Notes: generated by a model from the letters alone, not told the origin. Shown: positions 1 to 10,513, counted from the stretch's first letter. The stretch is 64,000 nt of DNA from Candidatus Weimeria bifida (GCA_009493715.1 VOGC01000009.1:57010-121009), one strand, 5' to 3'. Program-made: numbers and translations.

Positions 1-1
1 G

Positions 2-1357
2 TCCGGCGGCGAGTCACAGCGAATAAGGCTTGCGACGCAGATTGGCTCAGGACTTGTCGGAGTCGCATATATCCTCGACGAACCGTCGATCGGACTGCAC
101 CAGAGGGATAACGACAAACTTCTGGCATCTCTCAAAGGCCTGCGTGATCTTGGAAATACTCTTATTGTCGTAGAGCACGACGAGGATACGATGAGGGCGG
201 CTGATTTTCTTGTAGACATAGGACCTGGCGCTGGAGACCACGGCGGAGAGGTTGTCGCTGCCGGAACTCCGGAGGAAGTTGAAGCCTGCCCGGATTCCAT
301 TACCGGTCAGTACCTTTCTGGGAAAAGATGTATTCCGGTTCCGGGAGTCAGAAGAAAGCCGACAGGCTATATTACTATAAGAGGAGCCAGAGAGCACAAT
401 TTAAAAAATATAGATGTAAAGATTCCTCTCGGGATCATGACTGTTGTAACCGGAGTTTCGGGTTCGGGAAAGTCGTCACTTATAAATGAGATCCTCTACA
501 AGACTCTTGCCCGTGACCTTAACAGGGCAAGGACTATCCCGGGAGACTGTGACGGCGTAGATGGAGAGGATCAGCTCGACAAGATCATCGATATCGACCA
601 GTCGCCGATCGGCAGGACTCCGAGATCGAACCCGGCGACTTACACCGGAGTTTTCGACCTTATAAGGGATCTTTTCGCAGCAACTCCCGACGCAAAGGCC
701 CGCGGCTACGCAAAGGGCAGATTTTCGTTTAATGTCAAGGGCGGACGCTGCGAGGCCTGCGGCGGAGACGGCATCAAAAAAATTGAGATGCATTTTTTGC
801 CGGATGTGTATGTGCCGTGTGAGGTCTGCCACGGCAGGAGGTACAACAGAGAGACTCTCGAGGTCAAATACAAGGGGAAGTCTATTTACGATGTCCTCGA
901 TATGACAGTAGAAGAGGCTGTAAAATTTTTCGAGCCGATACCTTCGATCTACAGAAAAATAAAGACTCTGATGGATGTTGGACTCGGCTATATTAAGCTC
1001 GGCCAGCCATCGACAGAGCTCTCCGGCGGAGAGGCACAGCGTATTAAGCTTGCGACGGAGCTCTCGAGACGTGGCACCGGAAAGACGATCTATGTCCTCG
1101 ATGAGCCGACGACCGGACTTCACTTCGAAGATGTAAACAAGCTCGTAAATATCCTGCGTGCGCTCTCGGACAGTGGAAATACTGTAGTCGTGATCGAGCA
1201 CAATCTCGACGTTATAAAGACGGCGGATTACATTATCGACTTAGGCCCGGAAGGCGGCGACGGAGGCGGAACCGTGATTGCAGAGGGTACGCCAGAGGAA
1301 ATCTGCAGGGTAAAGAAGAGCTATACAGGACAGTACCTTAAGAAATACCTGAAGTAA
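2..1357 (+). CDS. uvrA: Excinuclease ABC subunit A, 5'-truncated by the window edge
   Basis: Frame is open from base 2 ([15 protein letters not shown]...[11 protein letters not shown]). Second ABC domain has [16 protein letters not shown] and [10 protein letters not shown]; Zn-finger motifs CEACGGDG and CEVCHG. Confidence 0.97.
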   Translation, partial: SGGESQRIRLATQIGSGLVGVAYILDEPSIGLHQRDNDKLLASLKGLRDLGNTLIVVEHDEDTMRAADFLVDIGPGAGDHGGEVVAAGTPEEVEACPDSITGQYLSGKRCIPVPGVRRKPTGYITIRGAREHNLKNIDVKIPLGIMTVVTGVSGSGKSSLINEILYKTLARDLNRARTIPGDCDGVDGEDQLDKIIDIDQSPIGRTPRSNPATYTGVFDLIRDLFAATPDAKARGYAKGRFSFNVKGGRCEACGGDGIKKIEMHFLPDVYVPCEVCHGRRYNRETLEVKYKGKSIYDVLDMTVEEAVKFFEPIPSIYRKIKTLMDVGLGYIKLGQPSTELSGGEAQRIKLATELSRRGTGKTIYVLDEPTTGLHFEDVNKLVNILRALSDSGNTVVVIEHNLDVIKTADYIIDLGPEGGDGGGTVIAEGTPEEICRVKKSYTGQYLKKYLK

Positions 1358-1440
1358 TATATTGAGCCGTTTTGTTGTGAAAGAATTAAGATATTCAAAA
1401 AATGCCAGAGACATCGGGAAATTTTTGTAAAGTTTGATAC

Positions 1441-1468
1441 TTGAAAAAGGGAAATTTTCCGCTATAAT
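1441..1468 (+). promoter_or_regulatory. Putative sigma-A promoter of mreB/mbl
   Basis: TTGAAA-N16-TATAAT upstream of the ATG at 1546. Confidence 0.5.
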
Positions 1469-1545
1469 ATTTTATGTATGTGTAGAAATAGATTTTCGCG
1501 GGATTTTTCCGCTTTTTTATATAGATTGGAAGGGAGTTCTACAGC

Positions 1546-2547
1546 ATGGCTGCAACAGACATTGGTATAGATTTAGGAACTGCGAGTATCCTCGTTTATC
1601 TGAAGGGAAAGGGTGTAGTTCTGAAGGAACCTTCAGTAGTCGCTTTTGACCGTGACACGAATAAGATCAAGGCTATTGGAGAGGAAGCCCGCCTTATGCT
1701 CGGCCGTACCCCTGGAAACATCGTCGCCGTAAGGCCTCTGCGTCAGGGTGTTATTTCCGATTATACAGTTACTGAGAAGATGATAAAGTACTTCATCCAG
1801 AAGGCTCTCGGAAAGAGAACTTACAGAAAGCCAAGGATGTCAGTCTGCGTTCCTTCAGGCGTCACTGAGGTTGAGAAGCGTGCCGTTGAGGATGCCGCAT
1901 ATGCAGCAGGCGCCAGAGAGGTCTACATCATCGAGGAGCCAATCGCCGCAGCTATCGGCGCAGGCATAGATATCAGCCGTCCTTGCGGTAACATGATCGT
2001 TGATATAGGTGGTGGTACCGCAGATATCGCCGTTATTTCACTCGGCGGATCTGTTGTGTCGACTTCTATAAAGGTCGCCGGCGATAACTTCGACGAGGCA
2101 CTCGTCAGATACATGAGAAAGAAGCATAACCTCCTGATCGGTGAGAGAACTGCAGAGGATATGAAGATAAATATCGGAACCTGCTATCCGCTCTCTACTC
2201 CGGAGACTATGAATGTCAGAGGCCGTAACCTCGTTACAGGTCTTCCGAAGACGATTGAGGTATCATCCGAGGAAACAGAGGAAGCGCTTCGTGAGCCTAC
2301 AGCACAGATCGTTGAGGCTGTACACTCTGTTCTCGAGAAGACTCCGCCAGAGCTTGCTGCCGATGTCGCCGACAGAGGTATTATCCTGACAGGAGGCGGC
2401 GCACTTCTCCGCGGACTTGAAGAGCTGATGGAGGAGAGGACCGGGATCAACACGATGACAGCCGAGGATCCTATGACCTGCGTTGCCATAGGTACTGGTA
2501 AGTATGTCGAGTTCATGGCTGGAAACCACGATCTCTCACAGCCGTAA
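1546..2547 (+). CDS. mreB: Rod shape-determining actin-like protein (MreB/Mbl family)
   Basis: GIDLGT, EEPIAAAIGAG, VDIGGGT and LTGGGALL motifs; RBS GGGAG upstream. Confidence 0.95.
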   Translation: MAATDIGIDLGTASILVYLKGKGVVLKEPSVVAFDRDTNKIKAIGEEARLMLGRTPGNIVAVRPLRQGVISDYTVTEKMIKYFIQKALGKRTYRKPRMSVCVPSGVTEVEKRAVEDAAYAAGAREVYIIEEPIAAAIGAGIDISRPCGNMIVDIGGGTADIAVISLGGSVVSTSIKVAGDNFDEALVRYMRKKHNLLIGERTAEDMKINIGTCYPLSTPETMNVRGRNLVTGLPKTIEVSSEETEEALREPTAQIVEAVHSVLEKTPPELAADVADRGIILTGGGALLRGLEELMEERTGINTMTAEDPMTCVAIGTGKYVEFMAGNHDLSQP

Positions 2548-2552
2548 ATATA

Positions 2553-2644
2553 ATGAATTGGTGGTCAAAAGGTTGACCACCGATTCATATGATTACATTC
2601 GAAAAAAATACGCTCCCGCCTTTCACAGGTGGGAGCGTATTTTT
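2553..2644. terminator. Two consecutive hairpins forming a bidirectional terminator between convergent mreB and HAD genes
   Basis: atgaatTggtggtcaa-aagg-ttgaccaccGattcat, then A-tract tacgctccc...gggagcgta T-tract. Confidence 0.75.
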
Positions 2645-2667
2645 AATGGTGCGGATAGCACCGCTCA

Positions 2668-3390
2668 TTAATTATTTTCCATAATAGCTTTTCTTAGTTC
2701 TTCAGCATTCGACACTATTTTTTCAACAGGTATCCGCTCAAGGTACTCGTGGCTTCTGAAGCCCCAGTCGACCGAGATCACATGCATGTCTGAATTCTGT
2801 CCGGTCGCAAAGTCGACTTCGGAATCGCCAATATAGACGCAGTCTTCACGCGGGATATTTAAAACGCGAAGGCATTCGTTTACCATGTCCGGAGCGGGCT
2901 TTCTCTTGATGCCCTTCTTCTCGCCGAGAGAAAAATCAAAGGCGCCCGGGAACATGTCTGCTACAAGTGTCTGGACCGCCGTGTCCGGTTTATTTGAAAC
3001 GACTGCGGTTTTGATGCCGGAGCTGTGAAGGTCATCCATCAGTTTGAGAATTCCAGGATAGGGTCCGGTCTTATCGGCGCAGTGCGCATCGTAGTAAGGA
3101 CGGTAAATCTCCGAAATCCTTTCGATCTCATCGTCATCTTTAAAGCAGTCATCTGGCTCCTTATCGGTGCCTATCAGGTCGAGCTTTTCGTATGGGAAGC
3201 CCTGCTCGACTGAGAGAGCGCGCTTCAGCGCTACATAGACTCCGCTTCCAAAAAAATACGCCACATTTTTTTCAGTGAAATCATGCTCGTGACCTGTCTT
3301 TTCGAGCGCATAGTCGATCGAAGCTGTAAGGTCGCCGAGGGTGTTCAGGATCGTTCCATCCATATCAAAAACAGCTGCTTTATATCCCAT
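2668..3390 (-). CDS. HAD-superfamily hydrolase (phosphoglycolate phosphatase-like)
   Basis: Motif I FDMDGT, motif II SNK, KP, motif IV YIGDSEVD. Confidence 0.92.
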   Translation of the reverse strand: MGYKAAVFDMDGTILNTLGDLTASIDYALEKTGHEHDFTEKNVAYFFGSGVYVALKRALSVEQGFPYEKLDLIGTDKEPDDCFKDDDEIERISEIYRPYYDAHCADKTGPYPGILKLMDDLHSSGIKTAVVSNKPDTAVQTLVADMFPGAFDFSLGEKKGIKRKPAPDMVNECLRVLNIPREDCVYIGDSEVDFATGQNSDMHVISVDWGFRSHEYLERIPVEKIVSNAEELRKAIMENN

Positions 3391-3514
3391 AATGCATCTC
3401 CTTTATAATCGTTACAATCTGCAATACGCCGGGGGTTTTACCGGGACGCAAGGATACTTTAACATAGAAAACGGAAATGGTAAAATCTGTTTCGATAAAA
3501 ATGCAATAAGGTAT

Positions 3515-3542
3515 TAAACTTTTCGTGATTCCATCCGATAAA
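3515..3542 (+). promoter_or_regulatory. Sigma-D (FliA/sigma-28) promoter of the flgM operon
   Basis: TAAA-N15-TCCGATAA versus consensus TAAA-N15-GCCGATAA, about 60 nt upstream of flgM. Confidence 0.75.
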
Positions 3543-3600
3543 AGCATTGTAAAGAAAATAAAGACCTGTTTTTTAATATATGTTGAAAGGAGTGGTCTGG

Positions 3601-3876
3601 ATGAGAATAAGTGCATATAACGCCATTACACAGGTATATCAGGCCAGAAAACCTTCCACTGCAAAGACTAAGAGGACATCGGGCTTCAGGGACGAAGTTG
3701 ATATCTCAGAAGCCGGTAAGGATTATCAGATAGCGAAGAAAGCAGTTTCTGAGAGTTCGGATACGAGGAAGGATCTCGTATCGGAGATGAAGAAGAAGTA
3801 CGCAGGTGATGTGAAGGTAGATACACTGGACTTTGCCGATGTGCTTTTGCAGAAGGCCCAGGGACTGAAATACTGA
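3601..3876 (+). CDS. flgM: Flagellar anti-sigma factor FlgM
   Basis: 91 aa; RDEVDISEAGKDYQIAKKAV...RKDLV pattern; RBS AAAGGAG; first gene of the flgM-flgN-flgK operon. Confidence 0.8.
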   Translation: MRISAYNAITQVYQARKPSTAKTKRTSGFRDEVDISEAGKDYQIAKKAVSESSDTRKDLVSEMKKKYAGDVKVDTLDFADVLLQKAQGLKY

Positions 3877-4048
3877 TTTTTTTAGCATGAATTGTTACCT
3901 CGTCGACATGGATGTCCGTGGGGTTATGAATTCACCCAGGTTCCAGGGACGGGACGATATACGAAGCAGCGGGCTGCTTTTTATGTACGGGCGGATGGGC
4001 CTTTCATTGCGAAGGGTCCTTCCGCTTTTTGCGTGATAAGGAGAAATG

Positions 4049-4561
4049 ATGGCAAGTCTTGCAGAAGAACTTATCTCTGTGATGCAGGAGGAAACGAAGG
4101 GTTATGATGAGCTCTACGACCTGTCACAGAAGAAGAGAAAAGCTATAGTCCAGAGGAAGCTCAAAGAGCTTCAGAACATAAATACCGAGGAAGAGACGAT
4201 CACGAGCCGTCTGAAGAATCTTGAGAACCGCCGTGTCAAGAACCTGACTGATATGTCAGTCGTTATGGGACACGATAACGAGATCCTGACTGTCACACAG
4301 GTTATAGATCTCCTCGACAATCAGCCACAAGAGCAGAAGAAGCTTAACGATGCGAAGAGGGAACTTGTGAATGCTGCGACCAGGATGCACAAGCTGAATG
4401 AGCAGATCCAGATTCTTTTAAACCAGGCTCTCGAGATGACACAGTTCGATCTGAACCTCTTTGAGAATCTGAAGAAAGCACCCGAGACAGGAAATTACGA
4501 TAAACACGCATATAACACCGGAGACGTGCTGCCGAGTGGCGGCTTTGATCTGAAGCAGTAA
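4049..4561 (+). CDS. flgN: Flagellar export chaperone FlgN
   Basis: Helical, coiled-coil-like ~170-aa protein between flgM and flgK; RBS AAGGAG at 4038. Confidence 0.8.
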   Translation: MASLAEELISVMQEETKGYDELYDLSQKKRKAIVQRKLKELQNINTEEETITSRLKNLENRRVKNLTDMSVVMGHDNEILTVTQVIDLLDNQPQEQKKLNDAKRELVNAATRMHKLNEQIQILLNQALEMTQFDLNLFENLKKAPETGNYDKHAYNTGDVLPSGGFDLKQ

Positions 4562-4573
4562 CAGGAGTAAATT

Positions 4574-6514
4574 ATGGCAAACAGTTTTGGAAGCTTATAC
4601 GTTGGGGCGTCCGGAATCCAGAATTCCCAGCATGGCCTTAACGTTGTAGCTAATAACCTCTCGAATATGGATACCACAGGGTACGTAAGACAGAGGACAT
4701 TTTTTTCAGATCAGATTTATCTGCCGACAGGAAAGTCCGCTATTTCGAACCAGCAGACCGGACTTGGCCTCAAGATCGGTGATGTCATCCATCAGAGAGA
4801 TCAGTTCCTCGATCGGGCTTACAGACAGGAGAGCGGTCGTAAGGCTTATTACGATGCTGCTTACGAAGCCACGGGTGAAGTCGAGAATTTCCTCAGAGAG
4901 GGTGAGGGCACGGCTTTTTCGAGTTCGATCGAATCACTCTATGATGCGTTCAGCCAGTATGCGACAAATCCGGCTGCAGAGGAAATACAGAACCTCGTGG
5001 TCCAGAAATCGCAGCTTTTCTTAAGCCGCGCCAAGTCAGTGTATCAGGGACTTTCAGATTATCAGGACAATGTTAACCAGAAGATAAAGGACGATATCGA
5101 CCAGATCAATTCCATTGGAAAAAAGATCCAGAAGCTGAATGTCACGATCCAGGCTACAGAGGCAGGCGGTGTCGAGACAGCGATGGCGGACCGTGACACC
5201 AGGGACAAGCTTATCGATGACCTCTCGAAGTTCTGCGAAATTTCAACGAAGGAGACACCTGAAGGCGTAGTCAAGGTAAGTATCGAAGGAGTTGAATTTG
5301 TCAGTGAAGACAGAGTTTATCCGATCTCACTTGACACCGACAATACGACCGGATTCGTTACACCTTACTGGCAGCAGCTGTCGAAAAGCTCTGGCAGCCA
5401 TCAGGAGAAAAGATACGTATTTGATACCTATCTTACGGATACGGCGAAGAACCAGGATATCGGAGAAGTCAAGTCACTGCTTTTGATGAGGGGCGACCAC
5501 CGCGCGACCTACAGGGATTTTTACAGGACGACAGATGATGGTGAAATGAATGAGATCGGGGCCAACGAGTATTCAGATACGATAATCTCAAAAGATGATG
5601 GCCGCAAGAAGGCGGGGCTCGGCAAGTCAGTGATCATGAACGCACAGGCGGAGCTCGATCGTATGATGAACAAAGTAGCTTCGAATATCAACGATCTGCT
5701 TTCACCTGTTTCCACTGTTCAGACAATCTATGACAGGAGCGGTGATGATTCTACAAAGACTGAGTTTAACCAGAAGCTTAAGGAACTGTACGATAATGAC
5801 ACTGAGTTTACTGTCAACGGAGTGACTTACAAAATGAAGACCGACGCGGATAAGATCAAGATCATGGATCAGGATTATGCCGTTGTCGGGGCCGATGGCA
5901 AGCTTCCTCCAAACGAACTGTTTTCAAGGGTGGTAGGAGATAAAAATGAAAATGCCACCAAATACCAGAGATATTCGAAGGCCACTCTTTCCTGCAATGA
6001 TGGGTCGACTCTCGATATGTATGTTTACAATAAGGAAGATGATTCAGATCTGGCGAGCCAGTACACACTCTCACAGCTGACTGTAAATTCAAAGCTTGTA
6101 GAGCAGCCGAACAGGATTCCTTACAAGCATCTGAGCGGAACTTTAAACAGTGATTCGTCGAACCTTCATCAGAATGACGATATCGCATACGACATTGCTA
6201 GAAAGATATACGAGTGCTGGGATAACGAGGATTTCAAGCTGAATCCGGCAGATACGACACCGACGACTTTCAACGGATTCTATACGAAGTACATTGGAGA
6301 TCTCGCAGATAAGGGAAATGTCTACAAGACCACATCCGAGGTCCTCTCAGACACAGTCGAAAGTGTTTCCTCGAGCCGCGAAGGCGTTATCGGAGTCAAT
6401 GCTGATGAGGAGCTCGAGAATATGATCAAATACCAGAACGCCTACAACGCATCGTCACGATTTATGAATACTATCACATCGATGATCGATGTGCTTTTGA
6501 ACTCATTGACATAA
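4574..6514 (+). CDS. flgK: Flagellar hook-associated protein 1 FlgK (copy 1)
   Basis: N-terminal LNVVANNLSNMDTTGYVRQR and C-terminal GVNADEELENMIKYQNAYNASSR. Confidence 0.92.
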   Translation: MANSFGSLYVGASGIQNSQHGLNVVANNLSNMDTTGYVRQRTFFSDQIYLPTGKSAISNQQTGLGLKIGDVIHQRDQFLDRAYRQESGRKAYYDAAYEATGEVENFLREGEGTAFSSSIESLYDAFSQYATNPAAEEIQNLVVQKSQLFLSRAKSVYQGLSDYQDNVNQKIKDDIDQINSIGKKIQKLNVTIQATEAGGVETAMADRDTRDKLIDDLSKFCEISTKETPEGVVKVSIEGVEFVSEDRVYPISLDTDNTTGFVTPYWQQLSKSSGSHQEKRYVFDTYLTDTAKNQDIGEVKSLLLMRGDHRATYRDFYRTTDDGEMNEIGANEYSDTIISKDDGRKKAGLGKSVIMNAQAELDRMMNKVASNINDLLSPVSTVQTIYDRSGDDSTKTEFNQKLKELYDNDTEFTVNGVTYKMKTDADKIKIMDQDYAVVGADGKLPPNELFSRVVGDKNENATKYQRYSKATLSCNDGSTLDMYVYNKEDDSDLASQYTLSQLTVNSKLVEQPNRIPYKHLSGTLNSDSSNLHQNDDIAYDIARKIYECWDNEDFKLNPADTTPTTFNGFYTKYIGDLADKGNVYKTTSEVLSDTVESVSSSREGVIGVNADEELENMIKYQNAYNASSRFMNTITSMIDVLLNSLT

Positions 6515-6526
6515 AGGAGCAGATTT

Positions 6527-8692
6527 ATGGCATCTACATTTTTCGGATTGGGAATAGCGGCATCCGGACTCAATGCATTTCAGGCAAAAATAAATACGAC
6601 CGGAAACAACGTCTCGAACCTTAAGACCGAGGGCTATTCGAGACAGCAGGTGAATGTTTCATCGGCAATCTCACTGCGTGCCTATACCCGATACGGGGCC
6701 ATAAGCACCGGTGTTTCAACTGATTCCGTGACCCGTATGAGAGACCAGTATTACAACGTGAAGTACTGGGAGAATCAGTCGAATTACGGTCAGATGAACA
6801 TCGAGGAATATTATATGAAGCAGATCGAGGATTACTTTACTGATAATGCCTCGAATCCGGGTTTTTCGACTATATACGCTAAGATGTTCAACGCTCTCGA
6901 CACTGTAAAAAATAATGCCGGAGACAACACAAAGAGAGCTCAGTTTGTAAGCACTGCCAAAGAGCTTTGTGACTACTTTAATCAGAACGCCGAGAGCTTA
7001 AAGACACTCCAGACAGATGTCAACGACCAGATCAAGGATACGGTTGATTCGATAAATTCTATTGCCAAGAAAATCTCGGTTTTAAATAAGCAGATCAATC
7101 TTATAGAGACTGAGGCGGGGCACCCGAATGCCAATGAGCTCCGTGACCAGAGAGAGCTGCTTATTGATCAGCTTTCAGAGTATGTATCTGTGGAGACAGA
7201 GGAAGTCAAGGTCCGCGACAGCCGCAGTAAGGAGCTTGCGAAGAAAAATCCTAATACAGAGGAGATTTACACAGGCGCCACTACATTCACTGTAAAAGTC
7301 GGCGGACAGCTTCTTGTAGACAATTACGACTACAACCCTCTTCAGGTCAGCGCCCGCGATAAGAAGTATAACCAGTCAGATGTTGACGGCCTCTACGATG
7401 TGACCTGGGCCAAAGATGGCAGGTACAGTGGACAGAGTCTGAATTTATATGGCACGAATCAGGCTGGAAAGCTCCGGGGTCTTCTTGAGATAAGAGATGG
7501 AAATGACCAGGAGAATCTCCAGGGAACAGCCGAGCTCGTAAAGCCGATGATCTATGTGACAAGTGGTAACGGTTCCCAGACTTCAGAAGGCACAATATCT
7601 CCTAATAGTGGAAATGCCTTTACGAATGATCCGGATAAGATCGGACAGATTGTGACAAACAGCGATGGCTCGATAGTAGAGAATCCGAAGGGTGAATACA
7701 GCTCTTCGTATATTAAAATAAAAGAGGGAATCAATATCACTGATGCCGACAGAATGAACATGCCGGAGCAGGGTGCAATTTATGTGAACAATCACAAGTA
7801 CGAGTACAATTCATTTTTTGCACAAACGGATGAGAGTGGAAAGGTAGTTTCCTATATTTTCGAGCTTAAGGAGCCTATTTCAGCAAAGGAGATCGGACAT
7901 GTAGCAGGACATACCGCTACAGTCGGCTCCAGTGTGGATTTCAAGGGAATTCCGTATTATCAGAACGAGATGAATGCTTTCCTCCGCAAATTTGCGAAGG
8001 CTTTCAACAAGATCCAGAAGAGCGGACAGGACGCCAATGGAGACAGCGGCAGATCGATTTTCGTAGCTGATAATACTTCGCAGAGTTCTTCAAATACCGA
8101 GCTTGATTTTACAACTGATTCGGCAGTAGACAATAATTACTATACGACAGACGCAAACAAAAACAGTGTCGTAAATGACAAGCGTGAGACGGTACACGCC
8201 ACCAAAAAAGATGACAATGGCTCATACAAAGACGGAAGGATCACAGGAACGTCCAACAGCTATTACAAGCTTACAGCATCAGACATAAAGATTGCCGATG
8301 CTGTTTCCAAGAGCCCTTCGCTTTTTTCGACGACTATAAACAAGAGCTACAATGGAAATAAGGACCTGGGCTATGATACCTACGATATCATGCAGCAGAT
8401 GTTAGACCTCGAGGACAAGACGACTCTCTACAAGGATGGCACAGGTGATAAATTCCTTCAGAGAATCTACGCGGATGTGACTGTCGACACACAGGAGTGC
8501 ACGCAGTTTACGAAAAATTACAAGGCGATTCAGAAGTCGATTGACACGCAGAGACAGTCTGTATCGGGAGTCGACAAGGATGAGGAGGCCATGAACCTTG
8601 TGAAGTTCCTGAACGCTTACAACCTCTCCTGCAAAGTTATCTCCACTCTTTCAGAAATGTATGACCAGCTGATACTTCGTACCGGAGTATAA
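6527..8692 (+). CDS. flgK: Flagellar hook-associated protein 1 FlgK (copy 2)
   Basis: N-terminal INTTGNNVSNLKTEGYSRQ and C-terminal SGVDKDEEAMNLVKFLNAY. Confidence 0.92.
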   Translation: MASTFFGLGIAASGLNAFQAKINTTGNNVSNLKTEGYSRQQVNVSSAISLRAYTRYGAISTGVSTDSVTRMRDQYYNVKYWENQSNYGQMNIEEYYMKQIEDYFTDNASNPGFSTIYAKMFNALDTVKNNAGDNTKRAQFVSTAKELCDYFNQNAESLKTLQTDVNDQIKDTVDSINSIAKKISVLNKQINLIETEAGHPNANELRDQRELLIDQLSEYVSVETEEVKVRDSRSKELAKKNPNTEEIYTGATTFTVKVGGQLLVDNYDYNPLQVSARDKKYNQSDVDGLYDVTWAKDGRYSGQSLNLYGTNQAGKLRGLLEIRDGNDQENLQGTAELVKPMIYVTSGNGSQTSEGTISPNSGNAFTNDPDKIGQIVTNSDGSIVENPKGEYSSSYIKIKEGINITDADRMNMPEQGAIYVNNHKYEYNSFFAQTDESGKVVSYIFELKEPISAKEIGHVAGHTATVGSSVDFKGIPYYQNEMNAFLRKFAKAFNKIQKSGQDANGDSGRSIFVADNTSQSSSNTELDFTTDSAVDNNYYTTDANKNSVVNDKRETVHATKKDDNGSYKDGRITGTSNSYYKLTASDIKIADAVSKSPSLFSTTINKSYNGNKDLGYDTYDIMQQMLDLEDKTTLYKDGTGDKFLQRIYADVTVDTQECTQFTKNYKAIQKSIDTQRQSVSGVDKDEEAMNLVKFLNAYNLSCKVISTLSEMYDQLILRTGV

Positions 8693-8702
8693 GGAGGCTT
8701 TT

Positions 8703-10460
8703 ATGAGAATAACCAACAATATGATATTGCATAACGCTGCATCAAACATAAACAGCAATAAGATCTTAGTCGACCAGGGTGAGAATCAGATGACCACACA
8801 GACGAAGATCCAGCGTCCGTCGGATGACCCGGTAGTCGCTGTCAGGTCTCTTTCACTCCAGACGAGACTTTCAAAGATCAATCAGTACTACGAGACAAAT
8901 ATCCCTGATGCTGAAGAGTGGATGAACGTCACCGAGACAGCTCTGAACAATATCATTGAAAATATCACCGACCTGAAGAAATACTGCGTTCAGGGTTCTA
9001 CAGGTACGATGCAGCAGGACGACAGGAAAACTATCCTCCAGCAGCTCGAAGCTCTCCAGAAGTCGATCTTCGCACAGGGAAACGCAGACTATGCCGGCCG
9101 TACTGTCTTCACAGGATACCGCACAGACAAGACCCTAGTCTTCACCGATGCCGACTGCGACAAGAAGTACAACATCACTCAGGAGCTTTCGGCAAACGAC
9201 TTCGAGAAGGTCAAGTATTTCAACCACAACGTAGAGGTTCCTTCCAATGCCAGTGAAGTGAATAAACTAGACAGCTCCAACGCACTTACAAAGGATGATA
9301 TCACGATTCAGGACTCTTCATACAAGAGGCTTCGCCTCGGATACGATAATATTTCTGATGTGGAGAGTCTCGTATTTTCATACAAGAACACAAGTGGAGA
9401 AACTGTTTCGAATACCTTTCAATTTGTAGTACAGGATGAGAAAAGAATCCCGCCTCTTGCAAAAGCTGATACCAGTGGAAATCTCACATATGGCAGCACC
9501 AAACAATCTACTTCGAGGTCAGTTAAGGATACGGCCGGCAATACCAACACAATTAATTATGATTATTATACGGTATCGGGATCTACATCAGGTGCAGAGC
9601 CTAAGACAGTATATGTTTTTGAGAATGAAGCCGACTGGGCAGGCTGGAGCGCTGATAAGCAAGGTAAGCAGACAAAGTACGTTCCGGACGATGCAGCTGT
9701 CCTTATAAAAGAGACTGGCGATATTGTCTTTGGAAAAGGTGCTTCTGATGATATGTCAGCAAAGGAGACGGCGGTTTCTGTCAATTACGATAAGAACTCT
9801 TTTTCAGCTGGTGAGCTGAAGCCGGAGTACTATTACGACTGCGTTGACAATACCGGTGTAAATTACAGCGATCTCGATGGAACGGTTGGCAGCAGGCTCG
9901 TTTACAACAGATCGGATATTTCATACGATATCAATTACACGGTGGCTGTAAATCAGACACTTACTGTAAACCTCCAGGCAAATGAGATATTTGACTCATC
10001 TGTTCAGCAGGATATGAAGGACCTTACTTCCGTTATCACGAATACGCAGAATGCGTATGAGAAGCGCGAGAAGATTTCAGCACTGATGAAGGACTCGGAT
10101 TATCAGGGTTCTGAAACACAGAAGAAACTTTCAGAGTGGTACACAGCTGCGAGCAAGGAATACGACTACTACAAGGACTACATGCAGGACGAATTCGAGA
10201 GAGTTCTTGGAAACTGCGACACTTACCTGAATAAGGCAAATCTCGCCGAGACCACACTCGGATGCCGCGGAGATGAGCTTTCGATGACAAAGACTAGAAT
10301 GGATGAGCAGCAGGAGTCAGTTACCGACTTAAAGAGCAAGAACGACAACCTCGACCTGTCGACTATTATGATGAATTATACGGCGTACTACACTGCCTAC
10401 CAGGCATCGCTTGTGGCAGCAGGAAAGCTTGGCCAGCAGTCGCTTCTGAACTATATCTGA
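8703..10460 (+). CDS. flgL: Flagellar hook-associated protein 3 FlgL
   Basis: MRITNNM start, KIQRPSDDPV motif, C-terminal YQASL...QQSLLNYI. Confidence 0.92.
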   Translation: MRITNNMILHNAASNINSNKILVDQGENQMTTQTKIQRPSDDPVVAVRSLSLQTRLSKINQYYETNIPDAEEWMNVTETALNNIIENITDLKKYCVQGSTGTMQQDDRKTILQQLEALQKSIFAQGNADYAGRTVFTGYRTDKTLVFTDADCDKKYNITQELSANDFEKVKYFNHNVEVPSNASEVNKLDSSNALTKDDITIQDSSYKRLRLGYDNISDVESLVFSYKNTSGETVSNTFQFVVQDEKRIPPLAKADTSGNLTYGSTKQSTSRSVKDTAGNTNTINYDYYTVSGSTSGAEPKTVYVFENEADWAGWSADKQGKQTKYVPDDAAVLIKETGDIVFGKGASDDMSAKETAVSVNYDKNSFSAGELKPEYYYDCVDNTGVNYSDLDGTVGSRLVYNRSDISYDINYTVAVNQTLTVNLQANEIFDSSVQQDMKDLTSVITNTQNAYEKREKISALMKDSDYQGSETQKKLSEWYTAASKEYDYYKDYMQDEFERVLGNCDTYLNKANLAETTLGCRGDELSMTKTRMDEQQESVTDLKSKNDNLDLSTIMMNYTAYYTAYQASLVAAGKLGQQSLLNYI

Positions 10461-10513
10461 CAATACTGATTCGTTGAAAAATCATTGACACCCCAGGAAG
10501 GGAAGGAAATCAA

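Noticed and set aside
3420-3460. GCAATAC-GCCGG...CCGGGACGCAAGG upstream of flgM resembles the c-di-GMP-I riboswitch P2 signature (GGGACGCAAAG)
   Set aside because: It lacks the GGCAAA start, GNRA tetraloop and downstream P3/receptor, and it lies upstream of the sigma-D promoter, so it would not be in the flgM transcript.
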